Assembly: GCF_018977255.1 (NCBI RefSeq)
Contig: NW_024704742.1
Location: 40,240,001-40,304,000, forward strand
Reading direction: 5' to 3'
DNA length: 64,000 nucleotides
DNA from: Callorhinchus milii
Lineage: Eukaryota
Of the stretch, positions 62,707-64,000 are shown piece after piece. The notes beneath the pieces are model-generated. The model saw nothing but the letters and a program-made list of their open reading frames with translations, made no database searches and had not been told where the DNA came from. A program made the translations under genes and the position numbers. Position 1 is the first letter of the stretch; the number at the start of each line of letters is the position of its first letter.

Positions 62707-64000
62707 AAAAAACAAGATTACATTTGAATAGCGCCTTTCATGTCGGAAGGACAGTGTGCAGCATTTCAGACTCGAGCTGGGGTTGGGGGGGAGAAGGGAG
62801 GGGAGGGGAAGGGCGGTGGCCGATGGCATGGTCGAAGAGGAGGGTTTTGAGGCGGCACTTGAAGGAGGCTGAGGAGGGGGCGAGGCAGAGTGATTGGGGG
62901 ATGGAATTCCAGAGGTTGGGGGCAGAGTGGCTGAAGGCTCTCCCGCCAATGGTGGGGCGGGTGGGTTGGAGGACCTGGAGCAGGCCGGAGCCGGCTGAGA
63001 GGAGGGAACGGGCAGGTTGGTAGGGAGTTAGGAAGTCGCAGAGGTAGGGTGGGGCGAGGCCATGGAGGGCTTTGTACGAGAGGACCAGGATCTTGAACTG
63101 GATCCTCTGAAGGAGAGGGAGCCAATGGAGTCGGGCGAGAATGGGGGAGATGGGGTCGCGGAGTTTGGTGCGGGAGAGGACACGGGCTACAGAGTTCTGG
63201 ATTATCTGCAGCCTGTGGAGGGAGGAGTTGGGAAGGCCGACAAGAAGGGCATTTGCATAGTCGAGCCTGGAGGTGAAGGCATGAACAAGAATTTCAGTGG
63301 CCTGAGGGGTGAGGTAGTGGCGGAGTCGGGCGATGTTACGGAGGTGAGGGAAGGCAAAGTGGGTCATGGCTTGGATGTGGGGAAGAAAAGACAGTTGAGG
63401 GTCGAACAAGACACCCAGGTTCCTGACTGGCTGGTGAGTTGAAGTGTGCAATCAGGAGGGCCTCAGTCTTGTTCACATTCAACTGTAGGAAATTTGCCCT
63501 CATCCAGGACTTGATATCTGAAACGCAGTCTGTCAGGACAGCAGTGGTCCTGGAGTTGAGGGTGGAGACAGAAAGATAGAGTTGGGTGTCATCCTCATAC
63601 ATATGGAAGTTGATCCTATGTCTGCGGAAGATGTCACCAAGAGGGAGCATGTAGATATTAAAGAGGAGAGGCCCAAGGACAGAGCCCTGGGGATGCCAGA
63701 CATGACAGTGCGGGGGCTGGAGGAGAAACCGTTAGAAGCAACAAAGTGGAGATGGTGAGAGAGATAGGAATTGAACCAGGCAAGGGCAGATCCGCGAAGA
63801 TTAGGTAAAGAGGAGAGGCGGTGTATGAGGATGGAGTGTCGAAGGTATCAGAGAGGTCGAGGAGGACAAGGAGGCAGAGGGAGCCCTGATCACAGATGTT
63901 CAGAATGTCATTAGTGACTTTGACCAGGGCTGTTTCCGTGCTGTGGGCAGTGCGAAAACCGGATTGGAAGGGTTCAAAGAGGGAATGACGAGAGAGAAAG
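62707..64000 (-). mobile_element. L2 LINE running off the window end; frameshifted ORF2
   Basis: FEPFQSGFR...[10 protein letters not shown]...MYEDDTQ...LWNSIP; same subfamily as 20511-21871; ~50-bp internal deletion near 63450. Confidence 0.97.

Noticed and set aside
1..64000. The many 60-190 aa ORFs in the six-frame track as host genes
   Set aside because: They are alternative or antisense frames of L2/SINE sequence, low-complexity, or have no recognisable homology, and many start at non-ATG codons

Overview
This is non-coding, repeat-rich vertebrate genomic DNA. The repeat content (L2 and CR1 LINE fragments, Deu-domain SINEs and a young tRNA-headed SINE with an L2-type tail) points to a cartilaginous fish, probably a holocephalan; this is inferred from recalled repeat families. 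I found no recognisable host protein-coding exon, structural RNA gene or CRISPR array. Every ORF with recognisable homology is a broken LINE ORF2 (L2 RT or endonuclease, CR1 RT). The window looks like a large intron or gene desert. Transposon structure worth a second look: (i) a three-layer nest of L2 tail < solo LTR < CR1; (ii) an unclassified ~400-750 bp repeat family, including a head-to-head inverted pair; (iii) two SINE families sharing a 3' module and two subfamilies of the young SINE; (iv) L2 insertions whose empty sites can be reconstructed; (v) a hAT MITE, a fold-back MITE family and a degenerate Penelope-type hammerhead remnant. Several repeat-free segments look enhancer-like, notably an RFX X-box pair with AP-1 and a 5x TGGTGCAG cluster. 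I cannot support a claim of a novel biological system. Boundaries of old repeats are approximate, and family names come from memory rather than database searches.
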